Origin: Mobula hypostoma
Lineage: Eukaryota
NCBI RefSeq assembly: GCF_963921235.1
Contig: NC_086108.1
Span: forward strand, 94,676,001 to 94,740,000
Direction: 5' to 3'
Length of the DNA: 64,000 nt
Shown here: piece after piece, positions 46,075-58,078 of the stretch
How positions within the stretch are numbered: position 1 is the stretch's first letter
How the letters are laid out: the number at the start of each line of letters is the position of its first letter
Translations under genes and position numbers: made by a program
Notes under the pieces: model-generated
What the model saw: the letters and a program-made list of their open reading frames with translations, nothing else
Database searches by the model: none
Told to the model about the DNA's origin: nothing

Positions 46075-49000
46075 TCAACGTGTTGGCTCCAAGCACCATA
46101 CCCCGGTAAACTGCTTCAGCTGGAGGGCTAAACCATGTGAGGGGGTGGTGTTAACACGGCACCACTGGGCGAATGACTTTCATGATGAAGTCACCGGCCG
46201 GGGCGGAAAAGTTCTCAGATGAACTATAATGGCCATGTGTTCACGACCAAGGTGACCCACCTAGTTGGAGGAAATCGGCTGTGGTCAAACTTGGAGAGGG
46301 ATGGTCTCCGCCGGGTTTCAGATGCCCAAGACACGCCGGATGATGAGCACACCATAAAGCAACTTCATACTGGATCAGTCACAGCTCGGGTTACCAATGA
46401 CCGCGCGATCCGTCTCACACCAGGGTGGATGTGATAAGTATGCTACTGGTGATTCGACACAAAAGATCCATGGCAGAGAGAACATCACAATCACCACATG
46501 AAATGTAAGAACGCTGAACCAAGCAGGGAAACTCAAGGAACTCACGCATGAGATGGAAAGATACAATTGGCACCTCCCCGGGCTCTGTGAAGCCAGATGG
46601 AAGAACACTGGAGAAGTGCATACTGCGGAAGGACACGTACTCTAGTATAGCGGAGAAGAGAATAGACATGAAAATGGTATAAGGTTCCTAGTCAACAAAT
46701 CCATCAAGGACGCCAACCACTGTCAAGCAGGTTCATGACCCTCTGCCTGCGATTAAAGCCATAGAAACCATAGAAACTACAGCACAGAAACAGGCCTTTT
46801 GGCCCTTCTTGGCTGTGCCAAACCATTTTCTCCCTAGTCCCACTGATCTGCACACGGACCATATCCCTCCATACACCTCCCATCCATGTATCTGTCCAAT
46901 TTATTCTTAAATGTTAAAAAAGAACCCGCATTTACCACCTCGTCTGGCAGCTCATTCCATACTCCCACCACTCTCTGTGTGAAGAAGCCCCCCCTAATGT
47001 TCCCTTTAAACTTTTCCCCCCTCACCCTGAACCCATGTCCTCTGGTTTTTTTCTCCCCTTGCCTCAGCCTGCTTGCATTCACTCTATCTATACCCATCAT
47101 AATTTTATATACCTCTATCAAATCTCCCCTCATTCTTCTACGCTCCAGAGAATAAAGTCCCAACCTATTCAACCTTTCTCTGTAACTGAGTTTCTCAAGT
47201 CCCGGCAACATCCTTGTAAACCTTCTCTGCACTCTTTCAACCTTATTTATATCCTTCCTGTAATTTGGTGACCAAAACTGAACACAATACTCCAGATTTG
47301 GCCTTATACAACCTCATCATAACATTCCAGCTCTTATACTCAATACTTCGATTAATAAAGGCCAATGTACCAAAAGCTCTCTTTACGACCCTATCTACCT
47401 GTGACGCCACTTTTAGGGAATTTTGTATCTGTATTCCCAGATCCCTCTGTTCCACTGCACTCCTCAGTGCCTTACCATTAACCTACGTTGGTTTGTCCTT
47501 CCAACGTGCAATACCTCACACTTGTCAGTATTAAACTCCATCTGCCATTTTACAGCCCATTTTTCCAGCTGGTCCAAGTCCCTCTGCAAGCTTTGAAAGC
47601 CTTCCTCACTGTTCACTACACCTCCAATCTTTGTATCATCAGCAAATTTGCTGATCCAATTTACCACATTATCATCCAGATCATTGATATAGATGACAAA
47701 TAACAATAGACTCAGCACTGATCCCTGTGGCACACCACTAGTCACAGGTCTCCACTCTGAGAAGCAATTCTCTACTACCACTCTTTGGCTTCTTCCATTG
47801 AGCCAATGTCTAATCCAATTTACCACGTCTCCATGCATACCTAGCGATTGAATATTCCTAACTAACCTCCCATGCAGGACCTTGTCAAAGGCCTTAATGA
47901 AGTCCATGTAGACAACATCCACTGCCTTCCCTTCATCCACTTTCCTGGTAACCTCCTCGAAGAACTCCAATAGATTGGTCAAACATGACCTACCACGCAC
48001 AAAACCATGTTGACTCTCCCTAATAAGTCCCTGTCTATCCAAATGCTTGTAGATTCTGTCTCTTAGTACTCCCTCCAATAATTTACCGGCCTATAATTTC
48101 CCGGATTACTTTTTGATCCTTTTTTAAACAACCGAACAACATGAGCCACTCTCCAATCCTCCGGCACCTCACCTGTAGACAGCGACATTTTAAATATTTC
48201 AACCAGGGCCCCTGCAATTTCCACACTAGTCTCCTTCAAGGTCTGAGGGAACACCCTGTCAGGTCCCGGTGATTTATCCACTTCAATTTTCCTCAAGACA
48301 GCAAGGACCTCCTCCTTTTCAATCTGTACAGTTTCCATGATCTCACTACTTGTTTCCCTTAATTCCATAGACTTCATGCCAGTTTCCTTAGTAAATACAG
48401 ACGCAAAAAACCTATTTAAGATCTCCCCCATTTCCTTTGGTTCTGCACATAGCCGACCACTCTGATCTTCAAGAGGACCAATTTTATCCCTTACAATCCT
48501 TTTGCTCTTAATATACCTGTAAAAGCTCTTTGGATTATCCTTCACTTTGACTGCCAAGGCAACCTCATGTCTTCTTTTAGCCCTCCTGATTTCTTTCTTA
48601 AGTATTTTCTTGCACTTCTTATACTCCTCAAGCACCTTATTTACTCCCTGCTTCCTATACACGTCATACAACTCCCTCTTCTTCTTTATCAGAGTTGCAA
48701 TATCCCTTGAGAACCAAGGTTTCTTATTCCTATTCACCTTGCCTTTAATCCTGACAGGAACATACAAATTCTGCACTCTCAAAATTTCTGCTTTGAAGGC
48801 TTCCCACCTACCGATCACATCCATGCCAGAGAACAACCTGTCCCAATCCACGCTTTTTAGATCCTTTCTCATTTCTTCAAATTTGGCCTTCTTCCATTTA
48901 AGAACCTCAACCCTAGGACCAGATCTATCCTTGTCCATTCTATCCTTGGCCATTCAACATCACAGTGGCACAAGTCTACGCCCCAACAACAGACTACGAC

Positions 49001-49860
49001 GATGAACACATCGAAGAATTTTACCAGAAACTGCAAGATGTCATCAACAAGGTGGACAAAAAAGCCAAAAGACAGCCGGCTGAGATTTGACCTTGAAAAA
49101 CTGAAAGACCCAGCCATCTCTGAAGAGTTTCAGGCAGCAACTGGGGGGAAGTTTGCACCAATACTCCTCCTTGATGAAGACCTGGAGGCCACCACAGTGA
49201 TGATGGATGACTGGAATGCCAAGGTGGGCAGAGACGCACAAGATGAGTGGGGGGATCTCATCGGCCCCTCATGCAATGACACCTCCAATGAGAGGGGAGG
49301 GACTACGCCTGCTGGAATTTGCCAGTTATAACAACATGGTGCTGTTGAACACACTTGCAGAGCACAAAGCATTCTGAAGATGGTCCTGACATGCCCCCAG
49401 TGGTCAACATCACCAGACTGACTATATCCTGGTGCAAAGATGGCACAAATCTGGTGTGAGCAGACCGAAGACCAGAATATTCCCAGGAGCAGACGTGGGC
49501 AGTGACCATGACCTTGTCATGATGAACATCAGAGTGCACTTTAAGAGAATCAACAAGCCAAAAGACAGCCGGCTGAGCTTTGACCTTGAAAAACTGAAAG
49601 ACCCAGCCATCTCTGAAGAGTTCAGGCAGCAATTGGGGGGAAGTTTGCACCAATACTCCTCCTTGATGAAGACCTGGAGGCCACCACAGTGATGATGGAA
49701 ACAGCAAGCAAGATTCTGGGAAAAAGCCGCCGTAAGTCTAAACCATGGGTCACTAACAAGATACCGGATATGTGTGACACAAGAAGGAAGAGCAATCTAC
49801 AGTGGCCAATTAACCGTTGGGATGAGGGAGCACCTGGAGGAAATCTATGAATGTACAAAT
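46075..49860 (+). mobile_element. RTE-clade LINE 5' half (5' UTR plus APE endonuclease), split by a CR1 (pieces ~46075-46762 and 48949-49860)
   Basis: T*NVRTLNQAGKL.EL..EMERY.W...GLCEARW, QVYAPT.DYDDE.IEEFY, DWNAKVG, DYILV, GADVGSDHDLV, KPWVT. Confidence 0.92.
46763..48948 (-). mobile_element. CR1 LINE, 5'-truncated
   Basis: 296- and 204-aa ORF2 fragments; (TTTCTATGG)n tail; GCCAT at both flanks (46758-46762, 48949-48953). Confidence 0.96.
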
Positions 49861-49893
49861 TTCACACAGGGAGCACTGGAAGTCAAGATTGAA

Positions 49894-50058
49894 CACAGAA
49901 CAGCACAGAAAATGCTGGAGGAACTCAGCAGGTCAGACAGAATCTACAGAGGGAATAAACAGTCAACATTTCAGGATGAAACCCCCTGGATAAATGCTGC
50001 CTGACCTGCTGAGCTCCTCCAGCATTTTTGTGTGCTGCTCTGGATTTCCAGCATCTGC
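49894..50058. mobile_element. Palindromic PLE-end mini-element
   Basis: ~46-bp inverted arms 49901-49946 / 49991-50037; AGATTGAA duplicated at 49886-49893 and 50059-50066. Confidence 0.85.
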
Positions 50059-50905
50059 AGATTGAAAATTTGGCTGAGTGGTGTCATAATAACAAGCTCT
50101 TGCTCAATGTCAGCAAGACCAAGGAACTGACTGTAGACTTTATGAGAGGGAAATCAGAGGTACATGAGCCAGTCTTCATTAGCAGATCAGAGGTGGGAAG
50201 GGTCAGCTACTTTAAATTCTTGGGTGCTACTATTTCAGAGGACCTGTCCTGGACCCAGCATGTAAATGCAATTGCGATGAAAGCACAACAACACCTCCAC
50301 TTCCTTAAGAGTCTGCAGAGATTCAGCATGACTTCAAAAACTTTGACAAACTTCTATAGATGTGTAGCGGAGAATATATTGACTGGCTGCATCATGGCCT
50401 TTTACGGAAACATCAATGCCTTTGAACAGAAAATCCTACAAAAGGTAGTGGATTCAGCCCAGTACATTCTGGGTAACGCCCTCCTAACCATTGAGCAAAT
50501 CTATGTGAAACATTGGCATAGGAAAGCAGCATCTATCATCAGAGATCCTCATCACCCTGGCTACCATCAGGTAGAAGGTTTAAGAACTTCAAGACTCACA
50601 CCACCAGATTCAAGAACAGTTACTACCCTTAAACAATCAGGCTCTTGGACAAAAGGGGATAACTACACTCACCTGCTCCCACAACCAATGATTTCACTTT
50701 AAGGACTCTTTACCTTGTTATTTCATGTCCTAATCATTTGTTGCTATTTATTTATATTTGCATTTGCAGTTCATTGCCTTCTACACTCTACTTGATCTTT
50801 CATTGATCCTGCTATAGTTATTCTATAGATTTGCTGAGTCTTCCTGCAGGAAAATGAATCTCAGGGTTGTATCTAGTGACATGTAGATGCTCTGATAATA
50901 AAAGT
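50059..50905 (+). mobile_element. Rex1 3' fragment
   Basis: IENLAEWC..N.L.LNVSKTKEL.VDF, FKFLG, TLTNFYRC, IIRDPHHPG. Confidence 0.9.
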
Positions 50906-51816
50906 TACTTAGAGCTTTTCTTGTGTTTAAGATTGAACCCAGTAGTTGGGACTATGAGGCAGCAGCTCTCCTACCTACGTTACACACACAGCAGATATTT
51001 AAATATTTCCATTAGAGGGAGAGTCTTGAATAAGAAAAATGGGTATTAGGTGAGACAGTGATGTATACAAGAACGTCTTGCACAGGAAATGAGGATTCTC
51101 TCAAATTCTCTGCCCTGAAGGAAAGCAAAGGTTAGATTTTCAGAAGGCCTTTTACTATGTGCCACACATGAAGCTGTTTAACAAGACAAGACCCCATGGT
51201 ATTTCAGAAAACATACTAGCATGGATAAAGCAGTGGCTGATTGGCAGGAGGCAAAGAGTGGGAATAAAGGGAGCCTTTTCTGGTTGGCTGCTGTTGACCA
51301 GTGGTGTTCCATAGGGGTCTGTGTTGGGACCTCTTCTTTTTACATTATATACCAATGACTTGGATAATGAAATTGATAACTTTGTGGCCAAGTTTGCAGA
51401 TGATACAAAGATAGGTAGAGGCAACAGATTAGGAGAAGGGACAAAGAAATGGCAATGGAATACAGTATCAGGAAGTGAATGGTCATTCACTTTGGTAGAA
51501 AAAATAAACAAGTCGACTGTTTTCTAAATGGAAAGAAAATTTAAAAATCTGAGGTGCAAAGGGACTCGGGAGTCCCTGTGCAGGATTCCCTAAAGGTTCA
51601 CTTACAGGTTGAGTCAGTATTGAGGAAGCAAATGCAATGTTAGCATTCATTTCAAGAGGACTAGAATATAAAAGCAAGGATGTAATGTTGAGACTTTATA
51701 AAGCACTGGTGAGGCCGCACATTGAGTATTATGAGCAGTTTTGGGCCCCTTATCTAAGAAAGGGTGTGCTTACATTGGAAAGGGATCAAAGGAAATTCAC
51801 AAAAATGATTCCAGGA

Positions 51817-51987
51817 TTTCTATGGACTAGGCAGAAAATGGTTCGGCACAGCCAAGATGGGCCAAAAGACCTGTTTCTGTGCTGTAGTTTTTCTATGGTT
51901 TCTATGGACTAGGCAGAAAATGGTTCGGCACAGCCAAGAAGGGCCAAAAGGCCTGTTTCTGTGCTGTAGTTTCTCTATGGTTTCTAT
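51817..51987 (+). repeat. Tandem dimer of an 82-bp CR1 3' terminus
   Basis: Unit GGACTAGGCAGAAAATGG...TTTCTAT at 51824 and 51906; matches the reverse complement of ~46761-46841. Confidence 0.92.
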
Positions 51988-52115
51988 GAAAAGCTTGTCA
52001 CGTAAAGAGCGTTTGATTGCTCTGCGTCTCTACTTATTGGAATTCGGAAGAATGTGGGGAGACCTCATTGAAACCTATCGAATGTTGAATGGCCTCGACA
52101 GAGTGATGAGGAGAA

Positions 52116-52163
52116 CACTTACAACACGCTGGAGGAACTCAGCAGGTCAGGTGTGAGTGTTGC
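52116..52163. mobile_element. 48-bp PLE-end micro-insertion
   Basis: GCTGGAGGAACTCAGCAGGTCAGG core, short inverted ends, 10-bp TSD ATGAGGAGAA (52106-52115, 52164-52173). Confidence 0.85.
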
Positions 52164-52529
52164 ATGAGGAGAAGATGTTTCCTATGGTGCTAGAGTCCAA
52201 GGCCAGAGGACGCAGCCTCAGAATAGAGGGGTGTCCTTTTAGAATGGAGATGAGAAATTTCTTTAGCAGAGAGTGGTGAATCTGTGGAATTTGTTGTATA
52301 GGTGGCTGTGGAAGCCAAGTCAATGGGTATTATTTTAAGGCAGAGGTTGATACATTCTTGATCGGTCAGGGCATGAAGGGATATGGGGAGAAGGCAGGGG
52401 AGATTGGAGCTGAGAGGGAAAATGGATCAGTAATGGTCAGATGGCAGTAATGGGCCAAATGGCTTAATTCTGCTCCTGTATCTTATGGTCTTATCACTGG
52501 ATGTATTTAAAGATTTAATTGATTTACTT

Positions 52530-52825
52530 ATTTATCTATTTAGAAATACAGCCCAGAACTGGCCCTTTCAGCCCACCGAGCCGCACCACCCAGCAACCCA
52601 CCACCCTAATCACGGGACAATTTACAATGACCAATTAACCTACTAACTGGTACGTCGTGGGACTGTGGGGGGGGGGTGGAACTAGAGTATCCAGAGAAAG
52701 CCCATGTGCACACAGTAAGAACATACAAACTTCTTTTTAAACAGAGGATGCCGGAATTGAACTCTGAACTCCAATGCCCCAAGCTGTAATAGTGTCGTGC
52801 TAACCACTACGCTACCGTGGTGCCT
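52530..52825 (-). mobile_element. V-SINE
   Basis: TTTACAATGACCAATTAACCTACTAAC...GGAATTGAACTC (B box, reverse) ...CTAACCACTACGCTACCG (A box, reverse). Confidence 0.8.
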
Positions 52826-53389
52826 TGTAAGTTAGGTGATTTTTATGAAAGGTCAGAGAGTTACAGGCTATGTGAAACTGGCATAGAAGAAAGGTTAAAG
52901 TCTGAGGCAGATCAGCCACAATAATGTTGCATGTGGAGCCTGGTTCTCTACTCCTGCTCCTATTTTATGTTCTCGTTGAACTGTTGAGGAAAATAATTGA
53001 CTATAAGGAAGAAAATGTATTATTCAAAGCATACATTTAATGAGCAGCAGATTTTCCTTTGAAGCACAAGCTACTGAGCAATATGATGGGTGTGGAATCA
53101 AGACAAAGCCATGAGAAATATTAACTATTTAATTTATTATACATTAACTTAAGTAAACAGGTTTGGACTATTAATATGTGAAAACCACAATATTAGTGAG
53201 TTCAGGTCAACAAAGTAAATGCTGAATGATAGAAGAAAGAAAAAAATGTGCAAGTAAAACACAGCAAGCATTACTGGGTCCAGAATATTCTCAGTATGCA
53301 AGTACGTTTTTTAGGGATAAGCGTGCAATAAGTCTGAGAGAATTATGCATTCCAATGGCTCAGCAGATTCCAGGCTAACATATAGGAAT

Positions 53390-53890
53390 AAAGAGAAATG
53401 GAAAATGCTGTTAAAAGCCAAGTCAGGCAGCATCTGTGAAAAGAGAATCTGTTAAACATCCTTCATCGGAATGGAGAAAAAGAGAAGTTAGTCTAGATAA
53501 CAAAGGGGCTGTGAGGGGGCCATCAGTGTAACAACAAAATGTGTATAATAGGGTGAAATGATGTAGACAGTTAGTAATGAAACAATGGTGTCTGTGTACT
53601 GTGTTGCAAATGTTGTAAAGTTTAGTTAATACTTTATAGTCTGGTCTACTGGGATATTGGCAGCAAACCAGAATATTCAATGGAAGGAAAATAAAGAGGA
53701 ATAAAAGACAAAAATAGCCAGACCTGATACAAACAGAAATTTTCTTTCAAGTTGCTGATTTTTTCAGCTTTTACTGTTTTTGTTTCGGATTTCCGGCATC
53801 TGCATTTTTTTTTTGGCTTGCAGATTCATCATTCCTCTCCATAGATGCTGCCTGACCTGCTAAGCTCCTCCAGCATTTGGTGTGTGTTAC
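53390..53890. repeat. Cluster of old PLE pseudo-LTR fragments in both orientations
   Basis: GTCAGGCAGCATCTGTG at ~53422; GGATTTCCGGCATCTGCA at ~53787; GATGCTGCCTGACCTGCT..CTCCTCCAGCAT at ~53844. Confidence 0.65.
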
Positions 53891-54304
53891 TGAAGGGGAG
53901 AGAAGGTTTGAGGCACGGTACAGCCTACTCCTGCTCTTACTTTTTATGTGTCAATTCTCCATTATAATTAACATAGAACTCTGCTCCTTGTGGTGTGGTC
54001 CAAGACAGGCTGCTACACCACTTTGGAATCAGACACAACACACTGCATTCAGAGTCGTTTGCAGACCTATGGAAAGCTGATATACTTGTCTGGAGAGTTA
54101 GGCGTTTACGTTGCTTGCTGTTACTGCACTTGAAGCTATCAGGTAGATTTAGAACTTAGGAGTATGAATTTAAATAGTCTAAGACTAGAGTTCAGATATA
54201 AGAAATATCTGCAGAGATTTGTATTATTATATGGTACAAATCTTTTCTTGATGTTAGTTTGCTTAAGACTAACAATGTATAACTTGCAATTGGGACATTA
54301 TGCC

Positions 54305-55060
54305 AAAAACAAACTGGTGGTGAGTCAGCATCTGTAAATAGAAATGGACTGTTGACGATTTGGGTCGAGACCCTTCATCTGGAATGAAAGGTAGATGGAA
54401 GGTAATCAATATAAAGAGGTGAGAGAAAAGGGTGGATCAAGAGCTGGCAAATGACAGGTGGATCCAGAAGAGAAGGAGTGATGGCCAGATGAAGGGAAAA
54501 GTAAAAATAACGACAGGGGCTGCAAAGGGCTATGGATGATGGAATCTGAAGGTGGAGCATGGAACAATGTGAGGCTGGCAGATGGAAACAGAGGGGAAAG
54601 GGAACCAATGTGAGTGATGGAGTGCATGGAAGAGAGGACAAAAACAGACCAATTTGTGCAGCAGTGGGGGGTGGGGGAGGGTGTAGGAGGAACTGGATAG
54701 ATCTGGGTGAACGAGAAAAGGGACATAAAGGAAGCAGTTCACCTGAAATAGAACGATTTGATTTTTTGTTACATCGGATTATAAAAACAAGGTTGAATAC
54801 GAGGAGCTGCTCCTCCAGTTTGCATTGAGCCTCAGCCTATCAGTAGGGAAGCAGAGAGCAAACAGGTCAATGTTGGAATGGCCAGCAACAGCAACAGGGA
54901 GCTCCAGAAGGTTATGGAGAACAGAGCACAGGTGCTAAACAAAACAACTGTCTAGTGTGTGGTCTCACCAATGTAGAGGTGGTCACATCAAGAGCAAGGT
55001 TGGAGGAGATGTAGGAGCAGGTGATATACCTACAGTTGTAGGAGAAGGTGCCTGGGGAAT
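54305..55060 (-). mobile_element. Old PLE 3' fragment
   Basis: GTTGACGATTTGGGTCGAGACCCTTCATCTGG hammerhead relic; 54745-55000 aligns by eye with 37685-37990. Confidence 0.75.
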
Positions 55061-55377
55061 GAGGACTTTGTTATTGCTATGAGAGAAGTTCTAGGTTAAG
55101 AATGGTCTCTGGAGAACAAATACAGAGTGTTGGTGAAACCATCCTTAATGTATTTTCTTTCTTGTGTAGTACACTGATATTTCATAAACAAGTTTACGAT
55201 GTAGGCATGGTAGTTTACCCTAATGGTGTTGGAAAAACTGTCCCTCAGTTGTTAATTCACAATATTTGGAACTTTTTTTGGGATATTAGTCTTATTTTAG
55301 CAATACAATCTGAGACAAATAGTAATCAGACCTTGAGAAGCACAAAGGGGCTAGAAAACTAGATGCACAACACAATC

Positions 55378-55482
55378 TTGGAAATACACAGCAGACCAGG
55401 CAGAATCTGTGGAGAGAGAAAGATCATTGACTTGAAACATTAACTGTTTTTCTCTCTGCAGCTGTTGCCAGATCTGCTGAGG
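55378..55482. repeat. Old palindromic PLE-end element
   Basis: CAGCAGACCAGGCAGAATCTGTGGAGAGAGAAA ... TTTTCTCTCTGCAGCTGTTGCCAGATCTGCTG. Confidence 0.6.
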
Positions 55483-55502
55483 TTTGGCTTGATTCCTTAT
55501 TA

Positions 55503-55851
55503 ACCATGTAACAACATATAACCATATAACAATTACAGCATGGAAACAGGCTATCTTGGCCCTTCTAGTCCATGCCGAACTCTTACTCTCAACCTAGTCC
55601 CACCGACCCGCACTCAGCCCATAACCCTCCATTTCTTTCCATATATCTATCCAACCTAACTTTAAACGACAACATCAAACCTGCTTCAACCACTTCTGCT
55701 AGAAGCTCGTTCCACACAGCTACCACTCTCTGAGTAAAGAAGTTCCCCCTCAAGTTACCCCTAAACTTTTGCCCTTTAACTCTCAACTCATGTCCTCTTG
55801 TTTGAATCTCCCCGACTCTCAATGGAAAAATCCTATCCACATCAACTCTAT
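55503..55851 (-). mobile_element. CR1 3' end
   Basis: TRGHEL.VKG.KF...RGNFFTQRVV.VWNEL; TATATGGT-type tail. Confidence 0.9.
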
Positions 55852-56124
55852 TAGATCATGTAAAATGGAAACTTCTTGATTTAAGATATCAGGCTTGTAT
55901 TTATGTAATGTTTTTCCATGCTTTATAACATCGTAATACATCAAGTAAATGGGAAAGAAAGACACAGAGGTTTCAGTACAACTGCTTTTTTCCTAATTTA
56001 TTGCCACTCAGTTAATAATGTGTCTTCCTGTAATTGGCCCACCTCCCCAACATGGATAACCTCACATTTATTCATGTTATATTACATTTTCCATTTATTT
56101 TCCCACTTCAGGCCCAAGAATGTA

Positions 56125-56551
56125 TCAAAGTGACTGAACCCGATGTTTGGACGACAATTTATCCGCTGGATTGAATTGGAAGGGTCGGGTACAGGCCAAA
56201 TCATGGTGGCAGGTTCCAGGCCCCACAGCGTACTGAAGCCACTGAACCTGATGTTTAGACAATTTAGATTGAAAAGGTCAGGGTGTCTGGGTCCGAAGCG
56301 AGGGACAGGCTGGTTCAGCTTACTGCTCCACTCTGCGCTGAACTAAGGGTCCGTGGACAAATTTTCTTCATGGACTTCAGTTCAGAACACTATTTGCTTG
56401 CATTTATTGTTTGTATGATTTGTTTGTTCTCACCACTACATACTGGGTGTTTGACTGTCTCCTTTTTCTATTGGCCTCTGTTTCATGGCTACCAGTTAGG
56501 AGACAAATCTCAAGGTTGTATACATACTTTGATAATGAATGAACTTTGAAC
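56125..56551 (+). mobile_element. Non-coding retroposon with Rex1-type 3' tail
   Basis: Internal repeat ACTGAACC.GATGTTT.GAC (56133, 56241); ends AATCTCAAGGTTGTAT...TTTGATAAT...GAACTTTGAAC like Rex1 tails here. Confidence 0.55.
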
Positions 56552-57257
56552 ACTGAACACTTCCTCAACTTGCCCAAATCATACTGGTGCTTCAAAGCAC
56601 CCTCTTCATGTCCCACACTCATACCTATCGAGTCAGAAGCAAAATTAATGTTGCAGGTTGGTGACCTTTTACTAGAAAAATCTGTTTTTATTTCAGATTC
56701 CCAATGCCTGCATTATCCTGTTTCTCAGTGCTGTGGGTCTGCACTTAGCTGAATAAATCTTGATTCAGTTAGCTCACTGATGTTCAGAATCCCAACTCAG
56801 CAGAATGCAACCCATCATAGAGCGGTCACAGTTCAACCTTACCCTTCTAAGAAACAGTTCCCCGGATGTATTCAGAATAATACTTTAAAAACTGAGAATT
56901 TGAAGCATCTGTCAACCAGTGAAATAAACTCTGGAAGTATTCATTTTGCTCTCCTTGTACTGTACACTGGTTGCAAATGGTTTAAAGCACACATCCTACA
57001 CACTGTTCTTACATCACAGTTAAAACATATGATGTGCAACAGTGGTTCGTTCTCTCTCGCTCTCGTAGCAAAGTCCTACCTCAGAAAGGTCAGCTGTAAT
57101 GAGTACGTCTACAGTACATATCATTTTTCACTTAAGACTCCCCTGACTGATTAACCAACATTGAGAAATCATCACACATTGAAAAGATTACTCAGGAAAT
57201 TCTCCCTGCTCCATTTCTCAGGATGCTTTTGATATCCCATCACAACTTCTCAAATAA

Positions 57258-57753
57258 ACATAAGACCATAAGACACAGGAGCAGAATTAGGCCATTTGGC
57301 CCAGAATCTATTCCACCATGGTTGATCCTTTTATCCGCTCCTCAGTCCCATTCCCTGGCCTTCTCCCCATAATCTTTGATGCTGTGTACAATAAGTAACT
57401 TATCAATCTCAGCCTTAAATACACCCAACACCTGGCCTCCACAGCTGCCTGTGGTAACAAATTCCACAAATTCACCAACCACTAGCTAAAAAAATTTCTC
57501 TGCATCTCTCTTTTAAACGGCCATGCCCTCTTGTCCTAGGCTCCCCCCACCATGGGAAATATTTTTTCCACATCTACCATGTCTAGGCCTTTCAACATTC
57601 GAAAGGTTTCAGTGAGATCCCCCCCATCCTTCTAAATTCCAGCAGGTACAGACCTACAGCCATCAAATGTTCCTCATTCCCGGAATCATCCTTGTGAACC
57701 TCCTCTGGACCCTCTCCAATGCCAGCATGTCTTTTCTTTGACGAGGAGCCCAA
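57258..57753 (-). mobile_element. CR1 3' fragment
   Basis: (TCTTATGG)n tail; ERVQRRFTRMIPG on minus strand. Confidence 0.9.
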
Positions 57754-58078
57754 ATTACATCTATTCTACAACAGGTATACACGAATCCTTTTCTTCCTCA
57801 AAGGAAGCAATTATATTGAAATACCTACCTATCCTAGACAGCTTTTATGAGCATGTGTCTTGCACTATATATGATGCATAAATGCAAAACTGCATTAATC
57901 TTCAATCGGTTAAACGCAAGGTTAAAGATTGTGCAACTTACTACTATGTGACTTTTTCTCTTTTATAAAGAATACAATCTGGATGAGATTTGAATACATG
58001 TATGTCAAAAAGATGAAAACACATTCAGCAATAGAAAGTTTATTTTACATAGAAAAATTAAAATATTTCAATGAAATA

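Larger units (their letters stand above)
51141..52493 (+). mobile_element. CR1 LINE, decayed, with two small insertions
   Basis: FQKAF..VPH, FADDTKI, RPHIEY, TCTTATGG tail. Confidence 0.92.

Noticed and set aside
46141..46195. Complete HDV-like ribozyme
   Set aside because: A P4-like hairpin and GGCGAAU are present, but I could not assign P1/P2/P3/P1.1; kept only as an unclassified structure.
51817..51987. CRISPR-like array
   Set aside because: No spacers; the unit is a CR1 3' end in eukaryotic DNA.
56780..57154. 124-aa ORF in unique DNA and a minus-strand GTAAGG donor near 56840
   Set aside because: No recognisable domain; the candidate minus-strand exon has stops in all three frames.
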